DNA of 29,051 nucleotides from a virus (taxonomy: Duplodnaviria; Heunggongvirae; Uroviricota; Caudoviricetes), in IMG/VR virus record IMGVR_UViG_2778261705_000026, one strand, 5' to 3'. The notes under the pieces are model-generated. The model was not told the origin of the DNA and searched no databases. It worked only from the letters and a program-made list of their open reading frames with translations. A program made the position numbers and the translations under genes. Positions 1 through 8,735 of the stretch are shown here, in pieces. The stretch's first letter is position 1, and every line of letters starts with the position of its first letter.

Positions 1-219
1 TTACATCCACATAATTTGCTGCCCTGACGGCAACGGGTGCGGCCTTACGGCGTGGACTTCTCCCGGCTTCACGATGTATCGCTGTACCGACTCATAAGTG
101 ATGAACGTGGCGCTGCAATTCACGTTCTGACACTGGTGATAACGCTCTTTTGTCGTGTCAGTGATATAGCGGCTTGTACGCGCATGTGCGGCATGCTGGC
201 ATAAAGGACAATGAAACAT
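1..219 (-). CDS. ogr: Ogr late-gene transcriptional activator (zinc-finger, 72 aa)
   Basis: Translation MFHCPLCQHAAHARTSRYITDTTKERYHQCQNVNCSATF... has the C-x2-C...C-x4-C arrangement of P2 Ogr; ATG at 217-219 (minus); the ORF-track start at 282 is a TTG extension. Confidence 0.9.
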   Translation of the reverse strand: MFHCPLCQHAAHARTSRYITDTTKERYHQCQNVNCSATFITYESVQRYIVKPGEVHAVRPHPLPSGQQIMWM

Positions 220-300
220 CGCGAGCACCTCTTCCGGTTTTGTTGATGTTGCCATTTTAGTTAATTTATCCTTACAAAACAAACAGATAAATAAAACACA

Positions 301-1464
301 TCACTCATCATCTTCGGTTTCGTACTCCACATCAGAAAGCCTTACCTCAAGCTCTAAGGACGTCGTGAAGCCGCTATTATTCAGAAAATGTGTCACCTTA
401 GTGATTGTCCAGTCCTGCTCGTCTATGACGCGCTTAAAGCCTGACACTCTGACCGGCGTTTCCGTGTAAATATCAGCCCGACCAGTGGCAAGGCTGATGG
501 AGAACTCCGCAACGCCCCGTTGCAGTTTGTCCCACTTCGCCTGAGCGGCGCGCATGGCCTGCGCTTTCGTGGCATATACCGTGGTCAGGGCAAAAACGTT
601 GTCAGCCTCACCGGCCATGTATTCACCTTCGCGCGCTTCCGGTACTTTTGGCGCTTTCTTCTGCCTGACCGGTTTCGCTTTCGGGTGCTCCAGTGCGCGC
701 AGGTGTTTCTCTTTCTTTTTGCGTTTCAGTTTTACCTTCTGCTTTTGTGGCTTCGGGTCTTTGGTGTGTAACCACTTTGCCGTTACGCCGGTGTAGGCTC
801 CACGGTCAGCAATCGCAAAATGATGACGGTCGCCGTCGCTGCGGGTGATGGTGACCTGCGCGATTTTTTTACCACTTGCCGTCACCCCCTGCCCCGCTTT
901 GAGAAACAACAGTTTTCCCATTTTTACCGACACCTCACCGCCGTTGCGTTCAGCAAGGCGGGTCAGGAATTTCGCATCAGACTCCTGCGACTGGTCGATG
1001 TGCGGAATTTTAATTCCGGCCAGTGACGGCGCGACACTGGCTTCCAGCTTGTTACGGGAGGCTATCGCCTCAACAATCGCACCGAGCGTGGTGTCATGCC
1101 AGGAGCCTTCCCGGCGGGAATTGAGCGTCCCGCGAAAATCTGCACTCCGGGCGCGGATGGTGACCACATCCGGTGCGCCCCGGTGTTCAACCTCATCAAC
1201 GGTAAATTTCCCTTTGCATACCAGGGCAAAACCTTTCCAGCCGATATACACCGTCAGGACAGCGCCACGAACCGGCAGCCCGACCTGCCCGTCGGCATCG
1301 TTCAGTTCAATATCAAGCTGGTCAGCCTCAAAGCCCCGGTTATCCGTCAGGGTCATACTCATCAGACGGTCGCTGATATTGCCGGTAATATCCCTGCTGT
1401 CGAGCATCAGCATGTAATCCGGCGTCAGCGTACTGCCTGCATCAAATGTCAGCGCATCCAGCAT
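301..1464 (-). CDS. D: Tail protein D (late control gene D homologue), 387 aa
   Basis: Length and position after U match P2 gpD; ATG at 1462-1464 overlaps the U stop (TAATG). Confidence 0.88.
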   Translation of the reverse strand: MLDALTFDAGSTLTPDYMLMLDSRDITGNISDRLMSMTLTDNRGFEADQLDIELNDADGQVGLPVRGAVLTVYIGWKGFALVCKGKFTVDEVEHRGAPDVVTIRARSADFRGTLNSRREGSWHDTTLGAIVEAIASRNKLEASVAPSLAGIKIPHIDQSQESDAKFLTRLAERNGGEVSVKMGKLLFLKAGQGVTASGKKIAQVTITRSDGDRHHFAIADRGAYTGVTAKWLHTKDPKPQKQKVKLKRKKKEKHLRALEHPKAKPVRQKKAPKVPEAREGEYMAGEADNVFALTTVYATKAQAMRAAQAKWDKLQRGVAEFSISLATGRADIYTETPVRVSGFKRVIDEQDWTITKVTHFLNNSGFTTSLELEVRLSDVEYETEDDE

Positions 1465-1943
1465 TATCCCACCCCCGTCATACCCGTGAATCTGGTCGCC
1501 ATACTGCCAGCCTTACCGATGAGCGATTCCGCCTGTTTACCGATATCGCCATAAAGCGCGGCCAGTGATTCATCAACGCGGGTGAGCGACAGCGTAAAAT
1601 CAATTTTCCGGGGTGTGCCGTCTGCAAAGAAAATACTCCCTGTTTCACTCACCCTGCTGATGACATACATGCCGTAAATCATGCCGGTACCATCCAGCAA
1701 CGGCCACGCCCGGCCTTCCTCTGCCATCAGTCTGAGCGTGGTCATCGTCAGCTTGCCGCCGGTCAGTTCGGGATAAAGCACACCGGCAAGCGTCATGTTT
1801 TCCTCACCAACGCCGAGAAACTGAAAGGCATCCCGTTTACCGATACGGGAATTTGACGGCCAGCGATAATCTGATTCACGCTGCATGGTCTGGTGTGGCA
1901 GCGTCTGGCGCATAAAAACAAACATACCTAACGCGAGCATCAT
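1464..1943 (-). CDS. U: Tail protein U, 159 aa
   Basis: Position between T and D and size match P2 gpU; ATG start. Confidence 0.85.
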   Translation of the reverse strand: MMLALGMFVFMRQTLPHQTMQRESDYRWPSNSRIGKRDAFQFLGVGEENMTLAGVLYPELTGGKLTMTTLRLMAEEGRAWPLLDGTGMIYGMYVISRVSETGSIFFADGTPRKIDFTLSLTRVDESLAALYGDIGKQAESLIGKAGSMATRFTGMTGVG

Positions 1944-1957
1944 TTTTCGTCACCTCC

Positions 1958-4405
1958 TTAACCGTCATGCATCATGCTGGCACGGGCGCGCGCACGTTTA
2001 TCCCGCTCGTATTTTTCGAGCGCATCCTGTAACTGGCGGTCAAGCTGTGTCCCCGGCGCAGTACCACCCGTCAGGCTGATGTGATATTCGTTTTTACTCT
2101 GGTCCACATAAGAGCGGCCAGCCGGTGCCGTGACCGGCTGATAAGCCTGATAGCCTGCATAAGAGCTGGTCGCCGGAATATAACCACCGGTGCCATACGT
2201 GGCGGCATGAGTTCTGGCGGCGGTCTGGTCAAGTGTGTCTGACTCTTTGTTGATAACACCGAGTTTTTCCAGTACCCAGTCAATACCACTGCGCAGTTTG
2301 TTGAACGCATTAAGCGGCAGCATCAACGCGTCAGCCAGTGCCTGCCCGAACATGACGCCCGTGTCACGGCAACGGTTCAGGGTGTCCTGGGTGGCTTTGA
2401 CCGGGGCAATCAGGTTTTTAAACCACTGCCACGCGGCCTGTAACTTTTCGCCCAGCCAGTCAAACACCGGCTTCAGTGGCGTGAACAGTTCCCCCACCGG
2501 CGCAAATGCCGCTTTCAGCCCTTCCATCACACCGCCAAAGAATGCGCTGACAGGCTCCCAGTATTTACGGATAAGCAACGCTCCGGCGACAATTGCGGCC
2601 ACCACGGCCACAACCGGCCAGCTAATCGCCCCGATGGCCGTCATAACAGCACTGCCAACCGTCGTGAAGATTGCCCCCATCGCCCCTGCTGCAGCAATGA
2701 TGGCATTGATGCCGGTGATAACCGGCCAGGCTACAAGACCAATGGCACCGATGATGCCAATAAGCGCCAGCGCGCCACCGACAATGAGGCCGATGGTTGA
2801 CGCCAGTGATTTGTTTTTCTGGATCCAGCCGTCGAGTTTTAACACATACTTTGTGGCCGTCTGCGTGAGATTACGCAGTGCGCCTTCCTGCTGGTCAAAC
2901 AGGTCTGTCCCCACCGCCTCATAAGCGGACTGAAACTCCTTAAAGTCACCGCCGAGGTTATCCTGCATGATTTTAACCAGCTCTTCCGTTTTACCGTCCG
3001 AGGCTTTCAGCGTGGCAGTCAGCTTATCCAGTTTTCCGCTTGCTGCCGCTGCCAGTAAAACGTTCGCTGATTTCAGGGCTTCCTCACCAAAAATGGTTTT
3101 AAGGTATTCCCCCTTCTGAGACGTTCCCAGCTTGTGTTTATCAAAGCTGGCCTGAATCTCTTTCAGAATGGTGAACAACGGACGCATATTTCCCTTTTTG
3201 TCCGAGGTTTTAACGCCAAGCTCTTTGAGTGCATCCCATGCTTTTCCAGTCGGTGCCTGTAATCGGGTGACAACGGCACTGCTACCCGTCCCCGCCATTG
3301 ACCCCCTGATGTTATTGTCATGCAGCACACCTGTCATGGCCGCTGCCTGCTCAAGACTTACACCTGCCGTCCTCGCAACCGGACCGAGGTAAGTCAGTGC
3401 ATCACTGAGTCCCTGAAAATCAGCCGCCGACTTATTCATCGTTGCCGACAACACGTCGCCCACATGGCTGACATCATCATTTGACAGTTGAAAGGATGCC
3501 TTAGTCCCCAGCAACAGTTGAGCGTTTTCTTCCATCGACCGCTGATTCGCCAGTGCCATATTCAGCGTGACCGGCGTTGCCGCCTGAATAGCCGCAGCAT
3601 CCCCACCGGCTTTCGCAATGATAATCTGTGCACCGGCTGCATCATCCGCCGAGGCGGCGGTATTGTCACCGAGCTGGCGCGCCTGCTTGCGGAGTGCGGT
3701 CATTTCGGCGGAGTCTTTTGCCACACCGAGCACAGCCTGCAATTCTGAGTTTTTCTGCGCAAACTCATAACCGGGCATCAGCAGCTTAACTCCGGCCATC
3801 GTTCCCGCCGCCGCAATCCCCACACCGGCAGCGCCTACTGAGGCCATATTTCCGGCCAGTTCCTTTCCTGCCTGATAACGCTGTTTGACTGCGTTAAGTT
3901 TTGCCTGTTGTGCACTGACACGCGCCAGCGCGTCACGCTGACGGTTAAGCTGGGCGGTGGTTTCACTGATACGGTTTTTCAGCCCTCGTTCATCATGCGC
4001 CAGATTACGGGTATTAATACCCGCCTGACTCAATTCCTGACGCTGGCGCTGTACCGACAATCTCAGGCTGTTATATTTCGCCTGTAACTCAGACGCATTT
4101 TTACGCGCGGCTTCCATTGCCTTTGCCTGTGCATTTGTCGGTCGTTCAGTATTTTTAAACTGGACAGCCAGAGCTGCGGCTTCCTGTCTGGCTTTTTTCA
4201 GTTCCTGACCAGTCACGGCGAGCTGTGCACTGGTCTTGCGAAATCCCTCAATACGGGATGCCTGACCGTTCAGCTCGCGCAGTGATTTTTGTGTGTCCCG
4301 GATATCCCCCGACAGCGACTTGCTCGCTGTACGGATGGATTTAAACGGGCGGGATGCCTGGTCAACAGCCCTGAGCAATACCTGTAATTTTACATTGTTA
4401 CTCAT
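1958..4405 (-). CDS. T: Tail tape measure protein T, 815 aa
   Basis: Long helical, Ala/Gln-rich N-terminal half, Gly/Ala-rich hydrophobic central segment, position after E/E'; typical tape measure. Confidence 0.9.
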   Translation of the reverse strand: MSNNVKLQVLLRAVDQASRPFKSIRTASKSLSGDIRDTQKSLRELNGQASRIEGFRKTSAQLAVTGQELKKARQEAAALAVQFKNTERPTNAQAKAMEAARKNASELQAKYNSLRLSVQRQRQELSQAGINTRNLAHDERGLKNRISETTAQLNRQRDALARVSAQQAKLNAVKQRYQAGKELAGNMASVGAAGVGIAAAGTMAGVKLLMPGYEFAQKNSELQAVLGVAKDSAEMTALRKQARQLGDNTAASADDAAGAQIIIAKAGGDAAAIQAATPVTLNMALANQRSMEENAQLLLGTKASFQLSNDDVSHVGDVLSATMNKSAADFQGLSDALTYLGPVARTAGVSLEQAAAMTGVLHDNNIRGSMAGTGSSAVVTRLQAPTGKAWDALKELGVKTSDKKGNMRPLFTILKEIQASFDKHKLGTSQKGEYLKTIFGEEALKSANVLLAAAASGKLDKLTATLKASDGKTEELVKIMQDNLGGDFKEFQSAYEAVGTDLFDQQEGALRNLTQTATKYVLKLDGWIQKNKSLASTIGLIVGGALALIGIIGAIGLVAWPVITGINAIIAAAGAMGAIFTTVGSAVMTAIGAISWPVVAVVAAIVAGALLIRKYWEPVSAFFGGVMEGLKAAFAPVGELFTPLKPVFDWLGEKLQAAWQWFKNLIAPVKATQDTLNRCRDTGVMFGQALADALMLPLNAFNKLRSGIDWVLEKLGVINKESDTLDQTAARTHAATYGTGGYIPATSSYAGYQAYQPVTAPAGRSYVDQSKNEYHISLTGGTAPGTQLDRQLQDALEKYERDKRARARASMMHDG

Positions 4406-4825
4406 TCGTGTTTCCGCTTCGCCGGAGCGCCTTTTCGCGCCATGTGATGAGTTCGGTCAGGCTCATGGGATACAGTTCTGATGGCGGCCAGTGAAATATC
4501 ACTGCCACATCCGCCATCAGGTCATCGACCGAGAGATTTTTCGGAAACGTCACTGCACCGAGTTCGGCGACAAAAAACCGACCACCTTACCGGCCAGCGC
4601 CACAAGGTCAGGCAGCTCCAGCGCGGCGACCTCCTGCTCAGTCAGCATCGGTGCCGTCATGCGCGGCAGCACTTTAATCAGTGCATCGACTTCGGAGTTT
4701 GCGACCGCAGCCAGACTGACACCGCGCAGCGTCCCGGCATTGGGTTTCATCAGCGTGACCTGTTCGATAACCTGCTCACCACGCTTGACCGGATTGTCCA
4801 GGGTAATCACATTTTCTTTGTTCAT
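4398..4825 (-). CDS. E+E': Tail assembly chaperone E+E' (programmed -1 frameshift fusion, about 143 aa)
   Basis: Manual translation: -1 slip at T_TTT_TTG (minus-strand reading of 4571-4577) opens a 57-codon frame (VAELGAVTFPKNLSVDDLMADVAVIFHWPPSELYPMSLTELITWREKALRRSGNTNE) ending at TAA 4398-4400, overlapping the T start at 4405. Confidence 0.8.
4550..4825 (-). CDS. E: Tail assembly chaperone E, 91 aa (zero-frame product)
   Basis: MNKENVITLDNPVKRGEQVIEQVTLMKPNAG... has the size and position of P2 gpE; ends ...GFLSPNSVQ with the slippery heptamer in the GFL codons. Confidence 0.88.
   Translation of the reverse strand: MNKENVITLDNPVKRGEQVIEQVTLMKPNAGTLRGVSLAAVANSEVDALIKVLPRMTAPMLTEQEVAALELPDLVALAGKVVGFLSPNSVQ
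4571..4577 (-). other. Slippery heptanucleotide T TTT TTG for the E/E' -1 ribosomal frameshift
   Basis: Plus-strand caaaaaa at 4571-4577 is TTTTTTG on the coding strand, in frame as ggT TTT TTG. Confidence 0.8.
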
Positions 4826-4853
4826 GGTTTTCTCACTTCTGAATCGGGGTTAA

Positions 4854-4874
4854 CCGGTCAGCCTGGCTGACCGG
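4854..4874 (-). promoter_or_regulatory. Perfect 10-bp inverted repeat (CCGGTCAGCC t GGCTGACCGG) between FII and E; candidate partial terminator or mRNA stability hairpin
   Basis: Seen directly in the FII stop to E start gap; no downstream U-tract on the minus strand, so not a canonical intrinsic terminator. Confidence 0.4.
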
Positions 4875-4881
4875 ATGAAAA

Positions 4882-5400
4882 TCACAGGCCGATATTGCGG
4901 CGGTGTTGCTCCAGCCGGTCGACGCCGTTCACCTTCTCAATCATGTTGATGGTGTCAATTTCGACCAGCTCCTTACCGTCCATCGTCAGCCGGAAATAGG
5001 TGCAGACCACGGAGATTTTCGACTCGGTGTCTTCTCCCTGTTTACCCTCGCCGGTGTCGATTTCTTTCTGACGTCCACGCATGACCACTTCGACGGCCAC
5101 CGTTTCGCCGGTATCGTCGCGCTGGTAAGAGCCTGCAAAACGAATCGGCACGGCATCCACACCGGTTGCGGCGTAAAGCTCCCAGATAACCGAATCAGGG
5201 AATCCACCGAGCGACCACTCCATTGACAGCGCATCATCATCAAGGCCGAGGTCTACCGGTGCGCTGCCGTTCATCCCCGCACCGCGATAGTTTTCGAGCT
5301 TACGGGTCAGTTTTGGCAGCGTGACGGACTTTGCAACGCCCTGATAGCTGTAGCCGTTCAGAAAGACGTTCATTAACTTGAGTTTGCGCGGCATTGCCAT
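4882..5400 (-). CDS. FII: Tail tube protein FII, 172 aa
   Basis: Size and position after the sheath gene match P2 gpFII; ATG start. Confidence 0.9.
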   Translation of the reverse strand: MAMPRKLKLMNVFLNGYSYQGVAKSVTLPKLTRKLENYRGAGMNGSAPVDLGLDDDALSMEWSLGGFPDSVIWELYAATGVDAVPIRFAGSYQRDDTGETVAVEVVMRGRQKEIDTGEGKQGEDTESKISVVCTYFRLTMDGKELVEIDTINMIEKVNGVDRLEQHRRNIGL

Positions 5401-5412
5401 CGGTCAGGCTCC

Positions 5413-6603
5413 TTAATTGCTGTTAACCGAGGTGACCAGATTTGCCAGGTATTTATCGGTAATACGCTGGCGCAGGGTCAGGTTTTCAAGAGGAGGCACC
5501 GGGGTATAGTCGTAGTCGATATACAGTTTTCCGGCCTTAAGGGTTTCCGCATCGTTGGATTCTTCGCTGAACCAGCAGGTCGCATCCACGATATAGCCGT
5601 TTGTTTTCAGCTCACGGAATTTGGCATTGATGCCGTCAACGATGTCGCGAATCAGCGTTGCGGTGATGGGCTTGTCCACCGCCCACATGTGCGCCTCAGC
5701 CATCGTGTCGGCCAGCACCTGCGCGGTGCGGGTGTAGTTTTCAAAGAGGAACAGCGGGTCATCAGAGCAGGTACGGTTACCCCAGAAGCGGAAACCGTCA
5801 CGGCGAATCAGCGTTGTGACGCCTGACTCGTTAAGCAGGTCAGCATCAGTGCCGGACTCCTGCAAATCCCAGAATACAGATGCGCTGATGCCGGTAACAC
5901 CGTTCACCCCGACATTGGACAGCGTTTTATGCCAGCCCTGCTCCTGGTCGATTTTAGCGCGCAGACCCAGCGCACGGGCAGTGGCATACGCGGTGGCGGT
6001 GGTACTGGTGACCGTATCCCATGCGAGGAAATCCGGCCAGATGACCATCAGCTCACGCTGGCTGAAATTCTGGCGGTAGGCTTTCACCTCGGAAATGGTC
6101 TTACAGCCCCATGCGCTGATATACCCGAAAGCGCGCAACTTCTGACAGACTGATGCCAGTGCAACAGCCACCTCTTTGGTATCCAGCCCCGGCACACCGA
6201 GAATACGCGGTTTAACACCGGTTACCGACTCCGCCGCCAGCAGGGCTTTCAGTCCGGTGTACTGGCCGTTTTCGTCGGTGGTGCCGATGATATTGGAAAC
6301 GGTCTGCGCGAGTTTCGTTTCCTCGTCGTCGCCGGTGCCGTCTTCCACACGCACGACAACGGTGACCGGTTTTGACTGGTCGGCGATGGCCTGCAACGCT
6401 GCCGCCAGCGTGCCTTTTTTACCGGCCTTTGCAATTGCGCTCTGCACATTGGTAATCAGCACCGGTTTATTGAGGGGGAAGATTTCCGCATCCGCATCGC
6501 TGGCCGTGCAGACCATGCCGACAATGGCAGTGGATACGGTGGAAATGACGCGGGTGCCGTCGTTAATCTCCAGCACCTGCACGCCGTGATGATAGTCACT
6601 CAT
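5413..6603 (-). CDS. FI: Contractile tail sheath protein FI, 396 aa
   Basis: Size and position match P2 gpFI; GGAG ribosome-binding site about 9 nt upstream of ATG 6601-6603. Confidence 0.92.
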   Translation of the reverse strand: MSDYHHGVQVLEINDGTRVISTVSTAIVGMVCTASDADAEIFPLNKPVLITNVQSAIAKAGKKGTLAAALQAIADQSKPVTVVVRVEDGTGDDEETKLAQTVSNIIGTTDENGQYTGLKALLAAESVTGVKPRILGVPGLDTKEVAVALASVCQKLRAFGYISAWGCKTISEVKAYRQNFSQRELMVIWPDFLAWDTVTSTTATAYATARALGLRAKIDQEQGWHKTLSNVGVNGVTGISASVFWDLQESGTDADLLNESGVTTLIRRDGFRFWGNRTCSDDPLFLFENYTRTAQVLADTMAEAHMWAVDKPITATLIRDIVDGINAKFRELKTNGYIVDATCWFSEESNDAETLKAGKLYIDYDYTPVPPLENLTLRQRITDKYLANLVTSVNSN

Positions 6604-6662
6604 CCGTTTAACTCCGTGGTTAATGGGTGAGTGGTATTTTCAGTTGTGCCGGAGATGTCAGG
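6604..6662 (-). promoter_or_regulatory. Expected position of the Ogr-dependent late promoter for FI-FII (PF)
   Basis: Inferred from P2 gene organisation only; no specific promoter element identified with confidence. Confidence 0.3.
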
Positions 6663-7256
6663 CTATTTGTCCCGGTTGGCTAAGGGATGACACAATTTAT
6701 TCTTTGTCACTGATGAGGGGAATTTTTTATAGAGCGTGGACAGGCCAATATCAAAAATCAGCGCCACACGTTGACGAGATTCCCCCGCAGCCAGCAACCG
6801 TCCGACCTGCTCCCACTCACTCGCGGTGAGTTTCGGACGTCTGCCACCAATACGACCTTTGGCTCTGGCCGCTTCCAGTCCGGCGCGTGTCCGCTCGACA
6901 ATGAGTTCTCGCTCCATTTCAGCCAGGGCACCCATCACATGAAAGAAAAAACGTCCCATCGGCGTGCTGGTATCAATAGCATCCGTCAGACTGCGAAAAT
7001 TAACGCCGCGTTCGCGCAGTTCCTCAACCAGAATGACCAGATGCCGCATACTACGCCCCAGCCTGTCCAGCTTCCAGACTACCAGAGTGTCACCTGCTGA
7101 TAATGTTCTGAGCAGTTTTTTCAGTCCCGGTCTGTCGGACTTCGTGCCGCTGATTTTATCCTCAAAAATCCGCTCGCATCCTGCGCACTCCAGCGCGTTA
7201 CGCTGCAATTCCGTGTTCTGGTCATTTGTTGACACGCGTACATAGCCAATAAGCAT
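6663..7256 (-). CDS. Serine recombinase / DNA invertase of the Gin/Hin/Cin/Pin family (about 197 aa)
   Basis: MLIGYVRVSTNDQNTELQRNALECAGCERIFEDKISG...GRFFFHVMGALAEMERELIVERT...ALIFDIGLSTLYKK is near-collinear with Mu Gin as I recall it (catalytic Ser in YVRVST, C-terminal HTH); an upstream in-frame ATG at 7262 would add two residues. Confidence 0.9.
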   Translation of the reverse strand: MLIGYVRVSTNDQNTELQRNALECAGCERIFEDKISGTKSDRPGLKKLLRTLSAGDTLVVWKLDRLGRSMRHLVILVEELRERGVNFRSLTDAIDTSTPMGRFFFHVMGALAEMERELIVERTRAGLEAARAKGRIGGRRPKLTASEWEQVGRLLAAGESRQRVALIFDIGLSTLYKKFPSSVTKNKLCHPLANRDK

Positions 7257-7311
7257 GAGCATCCCCCTGAATAAAAACCGGAGATGATGCCAGTTGCCCG
7301 TTATCTCTGCA

Positions 7312-7337
7312 TTTTCATAAACGTTGGTTTGGGAGAA
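7312..7337. repeat. Inversion crossover site, left (gix/hix-like 26 bp): TTTTCATAAACG TT GGTTTGGGAGAA
   Basis: Core TT plus inner half-site GGTTTGGGAGAA are exactly inverted at 9158-9171; inner half resembles the hix GGTTTTTGATAA half-site; lies about 55 bp upstream of the invertase start. Confidence 0.75.
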
Positions 7338-7697
7338 GCGGCAAAACGGGATGTGGGGACAGGAGAAAATCAGATACCGGACATGGCCTCTTTTGCCAGT
7401 GGTGATGGATGGATGAAATTACCCAACGGGAAAATCCTGCAATATGGTCGTGGTGCGGTTACGCCGACATTATCGACGCAAACAATGAGAATTACATTCA
7501 GCATCCCTTTTCCTAAAAAAGTGGACTGCGCCATGCTTACCCATTCTGGTGATGGTGGTGCGCCTTTAGGCGCTGGACGGGGATTCGTGATGACTGCAGA
7601 AGGTACAACACTAACCGGTTTTAATTCCGCTTACAGAACTGCATCAACCAGCGACACGGTATCGATGAATTACAGTTGGTGGGCTGTTGGTGAGTAA
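7326..7697 (+). CDS. Alternative tail-fibre C-terminal variable domain Hv' (promoterless and silent in this orientation)
   Basis: Plus-strand frame GLGEAAKRDVGTGENQIPDMASFASGDGWMKLPNGK... begins exactly at the crossover site with the same GGT TTG GGA GAA codons that continue the H constant part; the ORF-track N-terminus 7284-7325 lies outside the segment behind an in-frame TAA at 7272. Confidence 0.7.
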   Translation, partial: GLGEAAKRDVGTGENQIPDMASFASGDGWMKLPNGKILQYGRGAVTPTLSTQTMRITFSIPFPKKVDCAMLTHSGDGGAPLGAGRGFVMTAEGTTLTGFNSAYRTASTSDTVSMNYSWWAVGE

Positions 7698-7717
7698 TTT
7701 TATTCAGGGTGATTTAT

Positions 7718-8161
7718 ATGAACGAATATGTTTATAGCGCAAGGCATAATGCTTTTTTCCCTGTGGATATGATTGATAAATATAAATCAGAGGGATGGAA
7801 TTTATCAGACGCTAAGGAAGTAAATCAAAATATTATCAGTGAGTTTATGGCTGAACCGCCACAAGGAAAAATCCGTATTGCCGGAGATGATGGGCTGCCT
7901 GCGTGGGCAGATATTCCTCCACCCACGCATGAAGAGCTTATTGAAATTACTGAATCAGAAAGACAGCTACTAATTAACCAGGCCAACGAATACATGAACA
8001 GTAAGCAATGGCCCGGTAAAGCCGCTATTGGTCGTCTGAAAGGTGAGGAACTGGCGCAATATAATTTGTGGCTGGATTATCTGGACGCACTGGAGCTGGT
8101 TGATACCTCCAGTGCGCCAGATATTGAATGGCCTACGCCTCCGGCAGTTCAGGCCAGATGA
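7718..8161 (+). CDS. Alternative tail fibre assembly protein G' (silent in this orientation)
   Basis: C-terminus ...LWLDYLDALELVDTSSAPDIEWPTPP parallels the active G C-terminus ...AVLDYIDAVTATDTSTAPDVIWPELPEA; ATG at 7718 with AGGGTGA upstream; the track start at 7709 is GTG. Confidence 0.7.
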   Translation: MNEYVYSARHNAFFPVDMIDKYKSEGWNLSDAKEVNQNIISEFMAEPPQGKIRIAGDDGLPAWADIPPPTHEELIEITESERQLLINQANEYMNSKQWPGKAAIGRLKGEELAQYNLWLDYLDALELVDTSSAPDIEWPTPPAVQAR

Positions 8162-8735
8162 CATCCGGCGCTGTGCTGGTATCCGTTGCCGTCACCGCGT
8201 CAATGTAATCCAGCACAGCGTTTAGTCGGGTGGTTTCTGTCTGCGTCAGCTTCCTCCCGGCCCGCAATTTCAGTTGAATCAGACTAATGGAAGCCATTGC
8301 TGCATCAATCAGCGACTGGCGCTGTGCTTCTGCTGCATCTACTGCGGCGCTATGCTGTGCCTCGGTATCCGTCACCCATTTCTCACCATCCCATTTATCA
8401 TATGGCGTTAATGGGGCGATAGTGGTTGTATTTTCAGGGTAATCACCCGGAGCTGTGATTTCTTTTGATTCCCCTGTTTCGGTGCTAAAAACGATTTCAC
8501 CGCGATGGTCTGGCATATATTCCCATGATTTTAAATCTGCTGAACGGCAGATTGCATAACCAGCCTTATGTGTGCCAGGGGCATCTAAACAGGAACATGC
8601 CGGAATGCCGACACCAACGGCAAGATATTCATTTGAAGTGGAAATATATTCCCGTGTTTCACCATCATAGTTATAAACGGTAACATCCCCTGCCTTTGTT
8701 GCAATGAGCTCACTATTTAATATTGCTTTATGCAT
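8133..8735 (-). CDS. G: Tail fibre assembly protein G (currently expressed orientation), 200 aa
   Basis: Conserved tfa C-terminal motif; ATG overlaps the H stop (ATGA); directly after H. Confidence 0.85.
   Translation of the reverse strand: MHKAILNSELIATKAGDVTVYNYDGETREYISTSNEYLAVGVGIPACSCLDAPGTHKAGYAICRSADLKSWEYMPDHRGEIVFSTETGESKEITAPGDYPENTTTIAPLTPYDKWDGEKWVTDTEAQHSAAVDAAEAQRQSLIDAAMASISLIQLKLRAGRKLTQTETTRLNAVLDYIDAVTATDTSTAPDVIWPELPEA

Noticed and set aside
520-1554. Several plus-strand ORFs (83-190 aa) inside gene D
   Set aside because: All antisense to D; repetitive, low-complexity translations.
2235-2924. 229-aa plus-strand ORF, Ala/Thr/Ser-rich
   Set aside because: Fully antisense to the tape measure gene T; low-complexity composition typical of a spurious frame opposite a GC-rich, codon-biased gene.
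6604-6662. Attempt to place a canonical Ogr site (TGT-N12-ACA) upstream of FI, V and O/P
   Set aside because: Only partial matches with inconsistent spacing (TGTGCCGGAGATGTCA; TGTCGGGAATGGCACA; TGTCGG-N10-CCGACG); my recollection of the consensus and spacing is not reliable enough to annotate individual sites.
7284-7325. N-terminal 14 codons of ORF-track entry 7284-7697 (MMPVARYLCIFINV)
   Set aside because: Lies outside the invertible segment, behind an in-frame TAA at 7272-7274; the real coding unit is the variable domain starting at the crossover site, expressed only after inversion as a fusion to H.
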